NCBI GenBank assembly: GCA_963825525.1 | Contig: CAWGTN010000002.1 | Location: forward strand, 1,954,508-2,018,507 | DNA from: an uncultured Chloroflexia bacterium | GTDB lineage: Bacteria > Chloroflexota > Limnocylindria > QHBO01 | DNA: 64,000 bases | Direction: 5' to 3' | Shown here: piece by piece, positions 31,337 through 42,059 of the stretch | Numbering within the stretch: position 1 is the stretch's first letter | Layout of the letters: every line of letters starts with the position of its first letter | Notes under the pieces: model-generated | Told to the model about the DNA's origin: nothing | Databases searched by the model: none | Seen by the model: only the letters and a program-made list of their open reading frames with translations | Program-made: the position numbers and the translations under genes

Positions 31337-32521
31337 ATGCGACTTCCGACAATCATCGCGGTGCTGCTGCTGGCGGCATGCTCGACCACGACCGCGGCCC
31401 CCTCCGCGTCCTCGGAGCCGCAGGGTACGGCGACCGGTGGCGACTCTCCGTCGGCGGCCCCGACGGTAGCGGAGCGGCCTGATCCGCAGCTCGTGCCGGC
31501 CGTCGGGACGGCTTGGTTCGGCATGAACCTCGACTGGGCCAACGACTCCGTCGCCGGCGTCAGCGAGCGTCTGGGCGAGACCCCGTCGGTCTGGGTCCAG
31601 TTCGTCCGCTTCCCGCTCGATGACGCGGCCCGCGGCAACCTCCAGGGCTTCGCGGAACAGGTCTCGGCCGCCAACGGCATCGCGCTCCTCACCCTGGAAC
31701 CGCACGACGGGCTCGCGAGCGTGACGCCGGCCGCCTCGGAGGAGCTTGCAACGATGCTCGACGGATACTGGACCGAGCTCGGCATGCCCACCATCGTCCG
31801 GTTCGCCCACGAGATGAACGGCAGCTGGTATCCGTGGGGGCAGCAGCCCGCTGCGTATGTCGAGGCGTTCGGCACGGTGGCGGATGCCATCCATCGGCTT
31901 GCGCCGGCATCGGCCATGGCCTGGGCGCCGAACGAGGGGTCCGGGTACCCCTTCGATGGCGGGCCGTACGCGTCGAACGATCCCAGCCTCGACACGGATG
32001 GCAACGGCTAGGTCGCGACGGGCGACGATCCCTACGCGCCGTACTGGCCCGGTGATGATGCGGTCGACTGGGTCGGCATGAGCGTCTACCACTGGGGCCT
32101 GGCCTACCCATGGGGCGAGAACGAGCTTCCGGCCCCCGGCACCTTCCAGAACCTGCTGACCGGCGGGGTCACGGGCGCCCACGACGGCCAGGAACCGATC
32201 CCGGATTTCTACGCCACCTACGCCGATGGCCATGACAAGCCGATGGGTGTCTTCGAGACGGCCGCGCTCTTCAACCCGAACGCTCCCGGCCCGGACGAGG
32301 CAACCCTCAAGCTCGCATGGTGGAGCCAGGTCACCGATCCGGGCGTCCGCGCTCGGTTCCCTCGACTCGCCATGCTCAACTGGTTCGAGTGGCGGAAGGA
32401 GGAGTCCGAGGTCGGTGGCGTCATCGACTGGCGGCTGACCTCCGATCCCGAGCTGGCGCGTGATCTCGTGGCAAGCGCCCCCGAAGGCTGGCTTCGGTTC
32501 GGAGGGCTGAGGGAGGACTGA
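31337..32521 (+). pseudogene. Glycoside hydrolase family 26 lipoprotein interrupted by an in-frame TAG at 32009-32011
   Basis: Lipobox LLAAC and RFAHEMNGSWYPW before the stop; the same frame continues DDPYAPYWPGDDAVDWVGMSVY...FETAA...NWFEW to TGA at 32521. Confidence 0.75.
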
Positions 32522-32590
32522 GGCTTCGCGCTCGCCGTACGGCCGAGCGGTTGACGTGATCGCGGCGACACCGTGCTAGGGTCGCACGTG

Positions 32591-33409
32591 ATGTCCGTCC
32601 GGATCCTCGTGACGTTCCTCGCTGCGGCCGTGGCGACCGCTGCATGCACCGTGAGCCCTGGATCACCCAGCGCCACGACTCGGCCCAGCGTGCCCGCGCA
32701 CAGCGCGACGCAGAGCCCAAGCCCCACCGCGACCCCCTCGGCGTCGCCGACCGTCGAGCCGACACCGACCCCGTCCCCGACGACGCCCGAGGGCCTCGAG
32801 GCCATCGACCTGCGGGTGACGGGCTGCCCCGGCGGTGTGGTGCTCGAGTGGTCCCTGGCGCTCGATGCGCGATTCCATCACTACACCGCGCTCCGCGGCC
32901 CGGAGCCGGAGATCGACCCGGCATGGCCGCCCATCGCGCCGGCCGTCGACTGGGGCGACACGTTCGTGACCGATCGATTCATCACCTCGGCGGTCGACGC
33001 CTCGATCATTCCGACCGAGACGAGCTGGAACTACCGCGTCATGGCGTACGACGTGGCGAATCGGCCGGTCGCCGCCTCTCCCGTGCGCCACGCCAGGCTC
33101 AACGACGTGATCGACCTGGGGCCGATCAACATCGAGCCGGGAGATGAGCCGGGTACCACCCTGCTCGACTGGCGCCTGTTCGGTGGGTTGAGCCGATGCT
33201 TCAGTGCCTACCGGGTGCTCATCGGCCCGGCCGGCGGTACGCCGTCGACCGAGCTGACATCCATCGCGCGGCAGGATGGCAGCGAGCTCGTGACCACCGG
33301 CCTGCACTCGGGCGAGACGTACACGGTCCGGGTCGACGCGCTTCGCACGACCACGCTCGGCGGCTTCATCGTGGCCAGGTCCGAGACGGCGACCTACACC
33401 GTTCCCTGA
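32591..33409 (+). CDS. Hypothetical lipoprotein with FN3-like beta-sandwich domains
   Basis: ATAAC lipobox, PT/PS linker, LEW...YRVMAY and GLHSGETYTVRV. Confidence 0.65.
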   Translation: MSVRILVTFLAAAVATAACTVSPGSPSATTRPSVPAHSATQSPSPTATPSASPTVEPTPTPSPTTPEGLEAIDLRVTGCPGGVVLEWSLALDARFHHYTALRGPEPEIDPAWPPIAPAVDWGDTFVTDRFITSAVDASIIPTETSWNYRVMAYDVANRPVAASPVRHARLNDVIDLGPINIEPGDEPGTTLLDWRLFGGLSRCFSAYRVLIGPAGGTPSTELTSIARQDGSELVTTGLHSGETYTVRVDALRTTTLGGFIVARSETATYTVP

Positions 33410-34404
33410 GCGGCCGTCGTGCCGCGCACGATGAGGATCGGTTCAAGGCTTATGGGGCTACCGACCCGGTCGGCGGCATGGCCGGTCAGGCGGTCGGCCA
33501 GGTGGTTGACGGCCCATCCGGCGAGTGCATCGATCGGCTGGCGAACGGTGCTGAGTGGAGGATCGGTCCACGCCGCCAGGTCGATGTCGTCGAAACCGAT
33601 GACCGACATCTCGGCCGGCACGTCCACGCCGGCGCGTCGCAGCGTTCGCAGGGCGCCGATGGCGGTAAGGTCGTTGTAGGCCACGATGCCGGTCACGTCG
33701 GTTCCGACCAGGGTTTCGGCGGCCTGGGCGCCGCCCGTCACGCCGCCGTCGCCGATGACCACCGCAGGCTCCTTTAGGCCGGCAGCGCGAAGTGCGTCCC
33801 GAACGCCGAGCCGGCGCTGCGCTGATGCCGCCTGGTCGGGTGGTGCACCGATGTGCGCGATCCGGCGATGGCCGAGGCCGATGAGGTGGTCCGTCGCCAT
33901 CCGGGCTCCGCGCCGGTGGGCGGTCGTGACGGTGGGGAGCGCGGATCCCGCCACGGTGGCGTTGACGAGCACGACCGGGATCGGCGTGTCACGCAATCGT
34001 TGCGCGTGGCGGCGCGTCATGCGAGACGAGACGATCACGATCCCATCCACGCGCCGATCGATGAGCAGGTCGAGATGCTCCAGCTCACGGGCCGCATCGT
34101 CACCACCGTTGGCCAGCACGATGCCGTAGCCGCGCCCATGGGCCGCCGCCTCGACCGCACGAACCAGCTGCGGGTAGAACGGGTTCGTGATGTCGGTCAC
34201 CACCAATCCCAGGGTCAGGGTCTCCTGGCGCTTCAGGGCGCGGGCCACGCCGCTCGGGCGGTAGGCGAGCTCCCGGGCGGCGGCGAGCACCCGATCCCGG
34301 GTCTCGGGCCGGGCGGGGACGCTCCCCGACAGCACCCGGCTGACCGTGGCAATGGAGACGCCGGATCGTGCCGCCACGTCGTCGATCGTGGCCCGGCCGG
34401 TCAT
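33394..34404 (-). CDS. LacI family transcriptional regulator
   Basis: TIDDVAARSGVSIATVSRVL, DITNPFY, YNDLTAIG, SVIGFDDI, PPLSTVRQP. Confidence 0.93.
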   Translation of the reverse strand: MTGRATIDDVAARSGVSIATVSRVLSGSVPARPETRDRVLAAARELAYRPSGVARALKRQETLTLGLVVTDITNPFYPQLVRAVEAAAHGRGYGIVLANGGDDAARELEHLDLLIDRRVDGIVIVSSRMTRRHAQRLRDTPIPVVLVNATVAGSALPTVTTAHRRGARMATDHLIGLGHRRIAHIGAPPDQAASAQRRLGVRDALRAAGLKEPAVVIGDGGVTGGAQAAETLVGTDVTGIVAYNDLTAIGALRTLRRAGVDVPAEMSVIGFDDIDLAAWTDPPLSTVRQPIDALAGWAVNHLADRLTGHAADRVGSPISLEPILIVRGTTAAQGTV

Positions 34405-34432
34405 GGCGCCGCTGGGCCGGCGGCGCGGCGCA

Positions 34433-35440
34433 TCAGGCCCTCGGCGACCGCGCCACGCCGGGGATCTCGTCGAGGCTGACCTTTCGTCCCTCGACGTGCG
34501 ACCTCGTCGCGGCGACGGCGATGCGCATGGCCTCCAGGCCGTCGCGCGCGCTGCTCGTCGGCGGGCGAACCCCGCGGCAGCACTCCAGGAAGGAGGTCAG
34601 CTCCGCACGGTAGGCGTCCTCGAACCGATCGAGGTAGCCGCGCCACGGATCGGTCGGGGCGCTCCAGTCCGCATGCCCGGTCGGCGTTCGGACCGAGAGC
34701 CCGCCGGTGATGGCCGCGGCATCGGACACGAGCTCGATCCGGATGTCGTAGCCGGATGGATGGAGCCAGCTTGCCTCGAGCACGGCAAGCGTGCCGTCGG
34801 ACAGTCGCATGGTCACGATCGCGCTCTCGATCTCGCGCGGGTCGGTCGGCCGCTTTCCGTCGCGGCGCCCGGCCTCCGCCGAGACCTCGACCACCTCCTG
34901 GCCCGAGATCCAGCGCACGACGTCGAAGTCATGGATGGACGAGTCGCGGAAGATGGGCGCCACCTCGGGCGCGGGTCCGGTGGGTGCCGGCCGCGGCGTG
35001 ATGAGCGGATCGTGGGCGGTGAGCCGCAGGGTGTGGAGCCGTCCGCCGATCGCGTCTCGTGCGGCAACGAACCCGGCATCGTGGCGGCGCTGAAACCCGA
35101 GCTCCAGGTGTGCGCCGGTCTCCTCGACTCGCCGCGTGACCTCGATCGTGGTTGCCAGCGACTCGGTGAGCGGTTTCTCGCACAGCACGTGGAGACCGGC
35201 GTCGAGTGATGTCTCGACCGCCGCCCGGTGCAGCTCGGGCGGCGTGGCAACGATCACGGCTTCGGCCTCGCTCACGGCCTCCTCGAAGCTCACCGCGCGC
35301 CCTCCCGCGCGCTCGGCCACGGCAGCGGCGCGTTCCGCATCGGCGTCCACGACCAGGACCCCTTCAACCCCGTCCATGGCGCCCAGCAGGTCGGCGTGCA
35401 TGCCACCCATGCTGCCGGCGCCGATGACGGCGACCCTCAT
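34433..35440 (-). CDS. iolG: Gfo/Idh/MocA oxidoreductase (inositol 2-dehydrogenase-like)
   Basis: VAVIGAGSMG, LCEKP, GFQRRHD, DSSIHDFD, RFEDAYRAE; iol gene context. Confidence 0.7.
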   Translation of the reverse strand: MRVAVIGAGSMGGMHADLLGAMDGVEGVLVVDADAERAAAVAERAGGRAVSFEEAVSEAEAVIVATPPELHRAAVETSLDAGLHVLCEKPLTESLATTIEVTRRVEETGAHLELGFQRRHDAGFVAARDAIGGRLHTLRLTAHDPLITPRPAPTGPAPEVAPIFRDSSIHDFDVVRWISGQEVVEVSAEAGRRDGKRPTDPREIESAIVTMRLSDGTLAVLEASWLHPSGYDIRIELVSDAAAITGGLSVRTPTGHADWSAPTDPWRGYLDRFEDAYRAELTSFLECCRGVRPPTSSARDGLEAMRIAVAATRSHVEGRKVSLDEIPGVARSPRA

Positions 35441-36334
35441 CGCTCCATCTCGCGCAGCGCGAAGTCGAGGACGCGGTGTCCGACCGCTGCCGCTTCGCCG
35501 GGCGCCAGCCACGATGAGTCCTGCTCGACCATGAGCCAGCCGTCGAAGCCGATGCCGGCCAGCTCGTCGAGGACGCCGCGCAGGTCGAGGGAGCCGTTGC
35601 CGAGCTCGGTGAAGATCCGCTCGCGGACCGCGTTCTCGAACCCGTCGATCTCGACCGCCCGGAGTCGGCCGAGGACGGCCGGGTCGACGTCCTTGAGGTG
35701 CACGTGGCTGACGATCGTGCCGTGGCGGCGGATGCGCGTCCACCGGATCGCCGCCGCCGACCAGGTAGTGGCCGACGTCCAGGCAAAGGCCCGCGCCCGT
35801 GTCGACCAGGCGGCTCGCCAGCTCGTCGACCTCGTCGGGCGCCTCGATCCAGGTGGCGGTGTGCGGGTGGAATGCGACCTTCACACCGACCGGCGCGACG
35901 TTCGCAAGGTCGGCGAGCAGGTCCGCGAGCTCGTCATACGCCGATGCCGGCCAGCGTGGGGCGCCCTCGGAGACGCGGCCGCTCCACGCGTCACGTTCGC
36001 CGCCGCCGTCAATCGCGACCACGAGCACTTCGCCGCCCGCGGCCACGAGCCGGTCGAGATCGCGGTGTGCGACGTCGCGTGCATCGGCCGCCAGGCCGTC
36101 GGGGCTGGCGTCGAGCGCCGAGTAGAGCTCGGCGTAGCGCAGGCCCCGCTCGGCCAGTGTCGCCCGCAGCTCTTCGCCCTCGGGGAAGCCACGGCCGAAT
36201 TGCGTGCCGGCGTATCCCAGTCGCGCCATCTCGTCGAGAACGATGGTGGCGGCCGTCTCGGGCGCCAGGTCGAGCAGGTCGGCGTTGTTCCAGACGATCG
36301 GCACGTAGCCGATGGGCGCGTCGCGCAGGTTCAT
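35437..36334 (-). CDS. iolE: Myo-inosose-2 dehydratase-like TIM barrel; frameshift ~35738
   Basis: PIVWNNAD, FHPHTAT, LCLDVGH, HVHLKDV, FTELG, GWLMVEQD. Confidence 0.75.
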
Positions 36335-38131
36335 CGGTGCTGTTCCTCGGCGCGGCCGGCGAGCTGCTCCTCGTACACCGGCCGGCCCTCGGGCACCGGG
36401 ACGTCCCACCAGCCCGTCTTGTCGGGCCCGGCCACCGCCAGGTCACGGTCGACCTTGACATGGACGAGCGAGGGTCCGCCGGAGGCCAGCGCGCGCTCGA
36501 CCGCCGGCCGGACGTCGGCCGCCGCATCGGCAAACTCTGTGTGGACGTCGAATGCCCGGCCGATCGCGGCAAAGTCGGGCGAGTACGGCGTGCCGCTGCG
36601 GGTGAAGTCGGTGAGGGCGGTCCGCCCGAAGTGGTCCTGCTGGCCGCCCTTGATGCTGATCCAGCCCGAGTTGTCCAGGACGACGGTGCAGACGCGGGAT
36701 TCGAGCATGGCCGCGGCGCTGAGCTCCTGCATCGTCTGCAGGAAGTCGCCGTCGCCGCAGATCGCGAGCACCTGGGCATCGGGCTGCGCGAGCTGTGCGC
36801 CGATGGCCGCGGGGAGCGTGAAGCCCATGGTGCTGAAGCCGCCCGACGTGATGTGGGTGCGCGGCTGACGGGTCACCCAGCGCTGCTTGACCATGCCCTG
36901 CGGCAGGCCGGCGCCGGTCACCACGATCGCGTCGTCGCGGGTGGCCCTCTGAACCTCGCGGACGGCGCGGGCCATGGTCATGGGCGACGCACTCGGAGCC
37001 GGACTTGACCTCGATCTGCTCCTGCCAGGTGGCCCGCAGCCGGTCGATCTCGTCCCCGTAGCCCGTTGACGGCTCGCCGCTGCCCAATGCCTCGAGGAGG
37101 TCGGCCAGTCCGGCGCGCGCGTCACCGACCAGCGGCACCGCCACTGGGTAGTTCTTGCCGATCTCACGCTCGTCGATCTCGAGCTGGATGAGCTTCGTCG
37201 GTGGGATGGCGAACGTGACGCCCTTGCGCCACGAGGACGCCGACCAGTCCACGAAGCGGGTGCCGACGCTCAGGATCACGTCCGCGCCCGCGGCCAACGC
37301 GTTGCCGACCGTCGAGCCGGTGTCGCCGATCGTCTGCCCGGCCAGGGGATGGGTCTCGTCGATGGCGCCCTTGCCGTTCCAGGTCGTGACCACCGGCGCC
37401 CCGAGGCGCTCGGCCAGGGCGCGTAGCTCGGCGGTCGCCTCGGCGCCGATGACGCCGCCGCCGGCCACGATGACCGGTCGCTTGGCTGCGGCCAGCAGCT
37501 TCGCCGCGCGCTCGACCTCGGTTGCATCGGGGCGGGGCCGGCCGCGGGCCTCCCGCTCCTCGGGGTGGGGGAGGCGAACGTCGGCGGCCGCGGCCTGGAC
37601 GTCCATCGGCACGTCCATGAGGATCGGCCCCGGCCGGCCGGAGGTCATGGCGTTCCAGGCGCGATGGAGCATGAACGGCAGGTCGTCGACGCGGCTCGGC
37701 TGCCACCACTCCTTGACGACCGGCTCGAACACGCGGGGGTTATCGGCATGGTGTCGCCGCTCGAGCTCCTGCAGCACGCCGTGGCCGCGCATGTAGGTGT
37801 GCGTCGAGCCGGTGAAGAGGGGCACGGCGGTGGAGTCGACGTAGGCGGTGGCCATGCCGATGACCGTGTTCATGGCCCCGGGGCCGATGGAGGTGAAGGC
37901 CAGCATCGGCCTGCCGGAGGCGCGGTAGAAGCCGTCGGCCAGGTGCACGGCGGACTGCTCGTGCATGACCTGGACGGTCCGGATCTCGGGCCGATCGAGG
38001 AGGGCGTCGGTCAGCGTCCACACCCCGTGGCCGGGGATTCCGGCGGCATGTGTGACGCCCGATCGGACGAGATACTCTGCGATGATCTGGGCGCCGGTGA
38101 GTCGGCGGGGCGCATCGGCTGCTTGCGTCAA
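36331..38131 (-). CDS. iolD: ThDP-dependent enzyme (IolD/acetolactate synthase-like); frameshift ~36985
   Basis: GIPGHG, HEQSAVHLADG, TSIGPG, LQELE, SGGFSTMG, GDGDFL, DNSGW. TTG start inferred. Confidence 0.65.
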
Positions 38132-38140
38132 TCCACTACC

Positions 38141-38156
38141 ATGTAAACGATTACAT
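38141..38156. promoter_or_regulatory. LacI-family operator ATGTAAACGATTACAT
   Basis: Near-perfect palindrome of the TGWAANCGNTTWCA type between the divergent iolD and transaldolase genes. Confidence 0.75.
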
Positions 38157-38207
38157 CGCGGGCACTCTAGCACCTCCCAGACGCGCGATGTCAACCCGTG
38201 AGGACCG

Positions 38208-39285
38208 ATGCCAACGCTGATCGCCAGCCCGCTGGGCCGGACCATCTCCGACACACCGACCGACATCTGGAACGACAGCTGCGCCGTCGACGAGCTCGAG
38301 TACGCGGTGGCGTTCGGGGCCGTGGGTGCCACCGCCAACCCGACGATCGTGGTCGACAACTGGAAGAAGGATCCGGGCCGCTGGGCGTCACGCGTGCGTG
38401 AGCTGGCGGACGAGCAGGCCGCCTGGTCCGAGCGCGAGCTGGCATGGGGGATCGTGGCCGAGATGAGCGTTCGGGCGGCGCCGCTGCTGCTGCCGGCGTT
38501 CGAGGCGTCCGGCGGCCGGGCGGGGCGGCTCTCGGTCCAGACGGACCCGACCCTCTATCCGCGACGCGCCGGCCATGGTCACCCAGGCCTTCGGCTTCAC
38601 CGAGCTGGCGCCGAACATCATCGTGAAGTTTCCGACCACCGTGGCCGGGGTTGCCGCCATGGAGGAGGCCTCGTATCGGGGCATCAGCGTCAACGCCACC
38701 GTGTCGTTCAGCGTGGCCCAGGCGATTGCCGCGGCCGAGGCGGTCCAGCGCGGGATCGATCGGCGCGAGGCGGAGGGCCTGCCAACCGACGACATGGGCC
38801 CGGTGATCACGATCATGATGGGCCGCATCGAGGACTGGCTGCGACTCGTCGCCGAGCGCGAGGGCCTCGTTCTGGATCCCGCGGCGCTGGCCTGGTCGGG
38901 CGTCGCCGTCTTCAAGCGCGCGTACCACGAGTGGCAGTCGCGCGGCTTCCGTGCTCGGCTGCTGGGCGCCGCGATCCGCCATCACCTGCACTGGTCGGAG
39001 CTCATCGGCGGAGACGTCGTGATCACCATGCCGTCGTCATGGCAGAAGCGCTTCAACGCCTCGTCCGTGGACGTGCGGCCGAGGATCGATAACCCGGTGC
39101 CTCACCTGGACGAGCTGGCGTCGTCACTGCCCGATTTCCGTCGGGCCTATGAGCCGGACGGCCTGACGGTGGACGAGTTCGACACGTGGGGGCCGTCGGT
39201 CCGGACCCTTCGCGCGTTCGTGGCCTCGTATCACGAGCTGCTCCACCTGGTCTCCGACGCGCTGCTGCCCAACCCGGACGCATGA
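38208..39285 (+). CDS. Transaldolase family protein; frameshift ~38562
   Basis: WNDSC, GATANPTI, LSVQTDP, NIIVKFP (Schiff-base Lys), SVNATVSFSVAQ, MMGR. Confidence 0.85.
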
Positions 39286-39332
39286 GGCGCTCGGTGCCGG
39301 GCGGGGGCGGCTGGGGCGGCTGCGGCGGCGGC

Positions 39333-39510
39333 TGCGAAATATCGCGGGATATTCCCGTATGGGTCGGGTCACGCGGCGTTCCTTCGATCTATCGCAGGGC
39401 GGGACGCACGGGAGGCGCCCGCGCGGGTTCTTCACGCTCACGATCGGGCGATAGATCGCGGGAACGACACGCAGCCGGCCCCTCCTGCGAAGAACCCGCG
39501 ATCTATCGAT
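39333..39510. repeat. Double-hairpin intergenic element, family 2, copy 2
   Basis: 64-bp unit at 39333-39396 (TGCGAAATATCGCG...TTCGATCTATCGCA) and 64-bp unit at 39447-39510 (CGATAGATCGCGGG...CCCGCGATCTATCG). Confidence 0.7.
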
Positions 39511-40330
39511 GGTGACGACGTCCGACCTTCGGCTTGCCCCCGGCACGCCGGTCACCCCCGAGCTCGCCGGCTGGCGCTATCTCTCGTTTGCCGTCCACGA
39601 CCTCACGTCGCCGATGGAGTTCGGAGGCGCGGGCATCGAGACCGCGGTGGTGATCCTGGGAGGCGGCGGCGCGCGCGTCGGCACCATCGAGCTTCCCGGG
39701 CGCGCGTCGGTGTGGGACGGACCGGCATCGGCTGCCTACCTGCCGCCCGGGGTGACGCAATGGGTGGCGCCAACCGGTCCATCAGTGATGGTGGCGGTGG
39801 CAACGGCGCCGGCCTCGGGGCGGAAGACCGCATCGGGTCCGGTTCGCATCGGCCCCGAGGACGTAGTGACCGAGGTTCGGGGAGCCGGCAACGCCACCCG
39901 ACAGATCAACCACATCATCGCGCCGGACTTCCCGGCCGATCGGCTCGAGGTCGTCGAGGTCTACACGCCGTCCGGCAACTGGTCCAGCTGGCCGCCGCAC
40001 AAGCACGACACCGATGACATGCCCAACGAAGCGGTGCTGGAGGAGATCTACTCCTACCGATTCCGGCGTCCGGAGGCGTGGGGCGTACAGCGGCTCTACC
40101 GGGCCGACGGCTCGCGCGACCTGCTGTGGTCGGTGCGTGAGGGTGAGACCGTGCTGGTGACCGATGGCTACCACCCCTTCGTGGCCACCCACGGCGATGA
40201 CGCCTACTACCTCAACGCCCTGGCCGGCGATATCCGGACCATGGCCTGCTCCTACGATCCGACGCTCGACCACGTGCGCGGGGAGTGGGAGGAGATGGAA
40301 CCGGACCCGAGGGTCCCGCTGGTCCGCTGA
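39509..40330 (+). CDS. iolB: 5-deoxy-glucuronate isomerase
   Basis: AGWRYLSF, RGAGNATRQI, EVYTPSGNWSSWPPHKHD, LEEIY, GYHP, YYLNALAG. Confidence 0.9.
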   Translation: MVTTSDLRLAPGTPVTPELAGWRYLSFAVHDLTSPMEFGGAGIETAVVILGGGGARVGTIELPGRASVWDGPASAAYLPPGVTQWVAPTGPSVMVAVATAPASGRKTASGPVRIGPEDVVTEVRGAGNATRQINHIIAPDFPADRLEVVEVYTPSGNWSSWPPHKHDTDDMPNEAVLEEIYSYRFRRPEAWGVQRLYRADGSRDLLWSVREGETVLVTDGYHPFVATHGDDAYYLNALAGDIRTMACSYDPTLDHVRGEWEEMEPDPRVPLVR

Positions 40331-40356
40331 TCTGGCCCGCCTGACGCCCGTGGCAC

Positions 40357-41181
40357 TCAGGCCACCGCGGCGGCATCCGCATTCACGCGGTCACGCCACT
40401 CCAGCCACGGAACCCCGCGCTCAACCGCCCAACCGGGGCCGCCGAACCCGAGCGTGAACTGGGTGAAGCCCATCGCCACATAGCGCTCGACGTCCTCGTC
40501 CAGGAAGCGCTCGAGGTCGTCGGGATCCAGTCCCACGCTCCACTCGATCTCGGCCGGGTCGCGGCCGATCTCATCGCAGGCGCGACGCAGCGCCGCCACC
40601 GCCGGCTCGAGCTCCTCGGGCCGATCAGGGAAGTGGGCATGCCAGATGTCGGCGTGGCGAGCCACGATCGGGATCGTCCGACGCAGACCCGTCCCCGCGA
40701 TCAGAATCGGCATGCGGCGCAGCGCCGGCGGGTTGGCGGCAGCCAGCCTATCGATGATCAGCGGCACGTCGTCCCCCAGCTGCTCGATGCGCGAGCCGAA
40801 CGTGCCGAAGGGATACCCGTAGCGGTCGAAGTCGCGGCGGAACCAGCCGGCCCCCAGACCCATGATCACGCGGCCGTCGCTCACGTGGTCGACGGTGCGG
40901 GCGATGTCGGCGTGGAGGCTGGGGTTGCGGTACGCGGTGCACGCCACCAGCGGCCCGAGCTCGATCCGCTCGGTTGCCTCCGCCCATGCCGCGAGGAGCG
41001 ACCAGCACTCGAAGTGCGGCCCATCGGGCTCACCGTTGAGGGGCGAGAAGTGATCCCAGGTGTAGAGCAGGTCGTAGCCGAGCGTCTCCGCGTCGATCGC
41101 GGCGCGACGCAGTTCGCGCCACGTTCCGTGCTGCGGGTGGAGCTGGGCGGCGACGCGGATCGGATGATTCGTGATGGTCAT
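40357..41181 (-). CDS. LLM class F420-dependent oxidoreductase
   Basis: TWDHF, HFECWSLLAAWAE, YRNP, DHVSDGR, GLGAGW. Confidence 0.85.
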   Translation of the reverse strand: MTITNHPIRVAAQLHPQHGTWRELRRAAIDAETLGYDLLYTWDHFSPLNGEPDGPHFECWSLLAAWAEATERIELGPLVACTAYRNPSLHADIARTVDHVSDGRVIMGLGAGWFRRDFDRYGYPFGTFGSRIEQLGDDVPLIIDRLAAANPPALRRMPILIAGTGLRRTIPIVARHADIWHAHFPDRPEELEPAVAALRRACDEIGRDPAEIEWSVGLDPDDLERFLDEDVERYVAMGFTQFTLGFGGPGWAVERGVPWLEWRDRVNADAAAVA

Positions 41182-41187
41182 TGACGT

Positions 41188-41218
41188 ATCCTGTACCTTC
41201 CCCCTGAGGGAAGGTCAA
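41188..41218 (-). promoter_or_regulatory. MerR-type promoter: TTGACC-N19-CAGGAT containing palindrome ACCTTCCC-N5-GGGAAGGT (41195-41215)
   Basis: The 19-bp spacer with an internal dyad is diagnostic of MerR-activated promoters; divergent MerR gene is adjacent; -10 lies 6 nt from the LLM ATG. Confidence 0.85.
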
Positions 41219-41221
41219 GCA

Positions 41222-41989
41222 GTGTTTCGCATCGGCTCATTCGCGCGTCTCGGCGGGCTCTCCGCCAAGCAGCTGCGTGCCTACGACGAGCTCGGGATCT
41301 TCCGACCCGTGTGGGTGGATCCGTCGAACGACTACCGCTACTACTCGCCCGCCCAGCTGCCGGAGCTGCGTCGCATCCTGGCACTGCGCGAGCTCGGCCT
41401 TCCGCTGGATGAGATCGGGCGGCTGGTGGCCGGCGGCGACCTTCGCGAGGCCCTCGAGCGGCGCCGTTCGGAGCTGGAACGGGAGCGTCAGCGGACGGAG
41501 GAGCGGCTGCGGGCGCTCGACATCTCGATCGCCGATGAGCACGGTCCCGACATCGTTCTGCGGCCGGTGGCGGTGGAACCGGTGGCGGTGATGCATGTCT
41601 CGGGCGCCGCCGATGCCGCGTTCTACGAGCTCGAGTCGCATGTCCGGGACGCCGGCCGCCGAGCATCACGCCCGCCCGGTGCCATCCCGTCCCAGCGCGA
41701 GATCTTCGTTCCGGTCACGGGCCCGATCCCGACCACGGACCGCATCGGCTACCGGCGCCTGCCCGCGGTTCGGGTGGCCTCGGTCATCCATCGGGGCGAT
41801 TACGACGGGGTCGCCGATGCACGCCGCGCGCTGCTCCGCTGGGTCGATGCCGCCGGCCTGGCCCCCACGGCGCCGATGCGCACGATCTATCTCCAGTTCG
41901 GCGCCGAGGCCGAGTTGCGCGTGCCGCCGGGTTACGTGGTGGAACGTACCGATGACTTCGTCACGGAGCTTCAGCTCCCCGTGGGCTGA
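41222..41989 (+). CDS. MerR family regulator with GyrI-like effector domain
   Basis: FRIGSFARL, LRAYDELG, YRYYSPAQL, LRELGLPL; C-terminal HRGDY..TELQLP. Confidence 0.9.
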   Translation: MFRIGSFARLGGLSAKQLRAYDELGIFRPVWVDPSNDYRYYSPAQLPELRRILALRELGLPLDEIGRLVAGGDLREALERRRSELERERQRTEERLRALDISIADEHGPDIVLRPVAVEPVAVMHVSGAADAAFYELESHVRDAGRRASRPPGAIPSQREIFVPVTGPIPTTDRIGYRRLPAVRVASVIHRGDYDGVADARRALLRWVDAAGLAPTAPMRTIYLQFGAEAELRVPPGYVVERTDDFVTELQLPVG

Positions 41990-42059
41990 CGAGCGTGCCG
42001 GAGGATGGTTGCATCCCGGGGGACAGGGCAATTCGGCGGACGGGCGGTTCCCCGCGGGT

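Noticed and set aside
32009-32011. Pyrrolysine or alternative genetic code for TAG
   Set aside because: TAG is used as a normal stop by many genes in the window (amidase, DUF885, acs, lysA) and no pyl genes are visible.
34433-36409. 658-aa IolE-IolG fusion suggested by the ORF track
   Set aside because: Artefact of the indel near 35738; the IolE C-terminus is in another frame ending at 35437, overlapping a proper iolG ATG.
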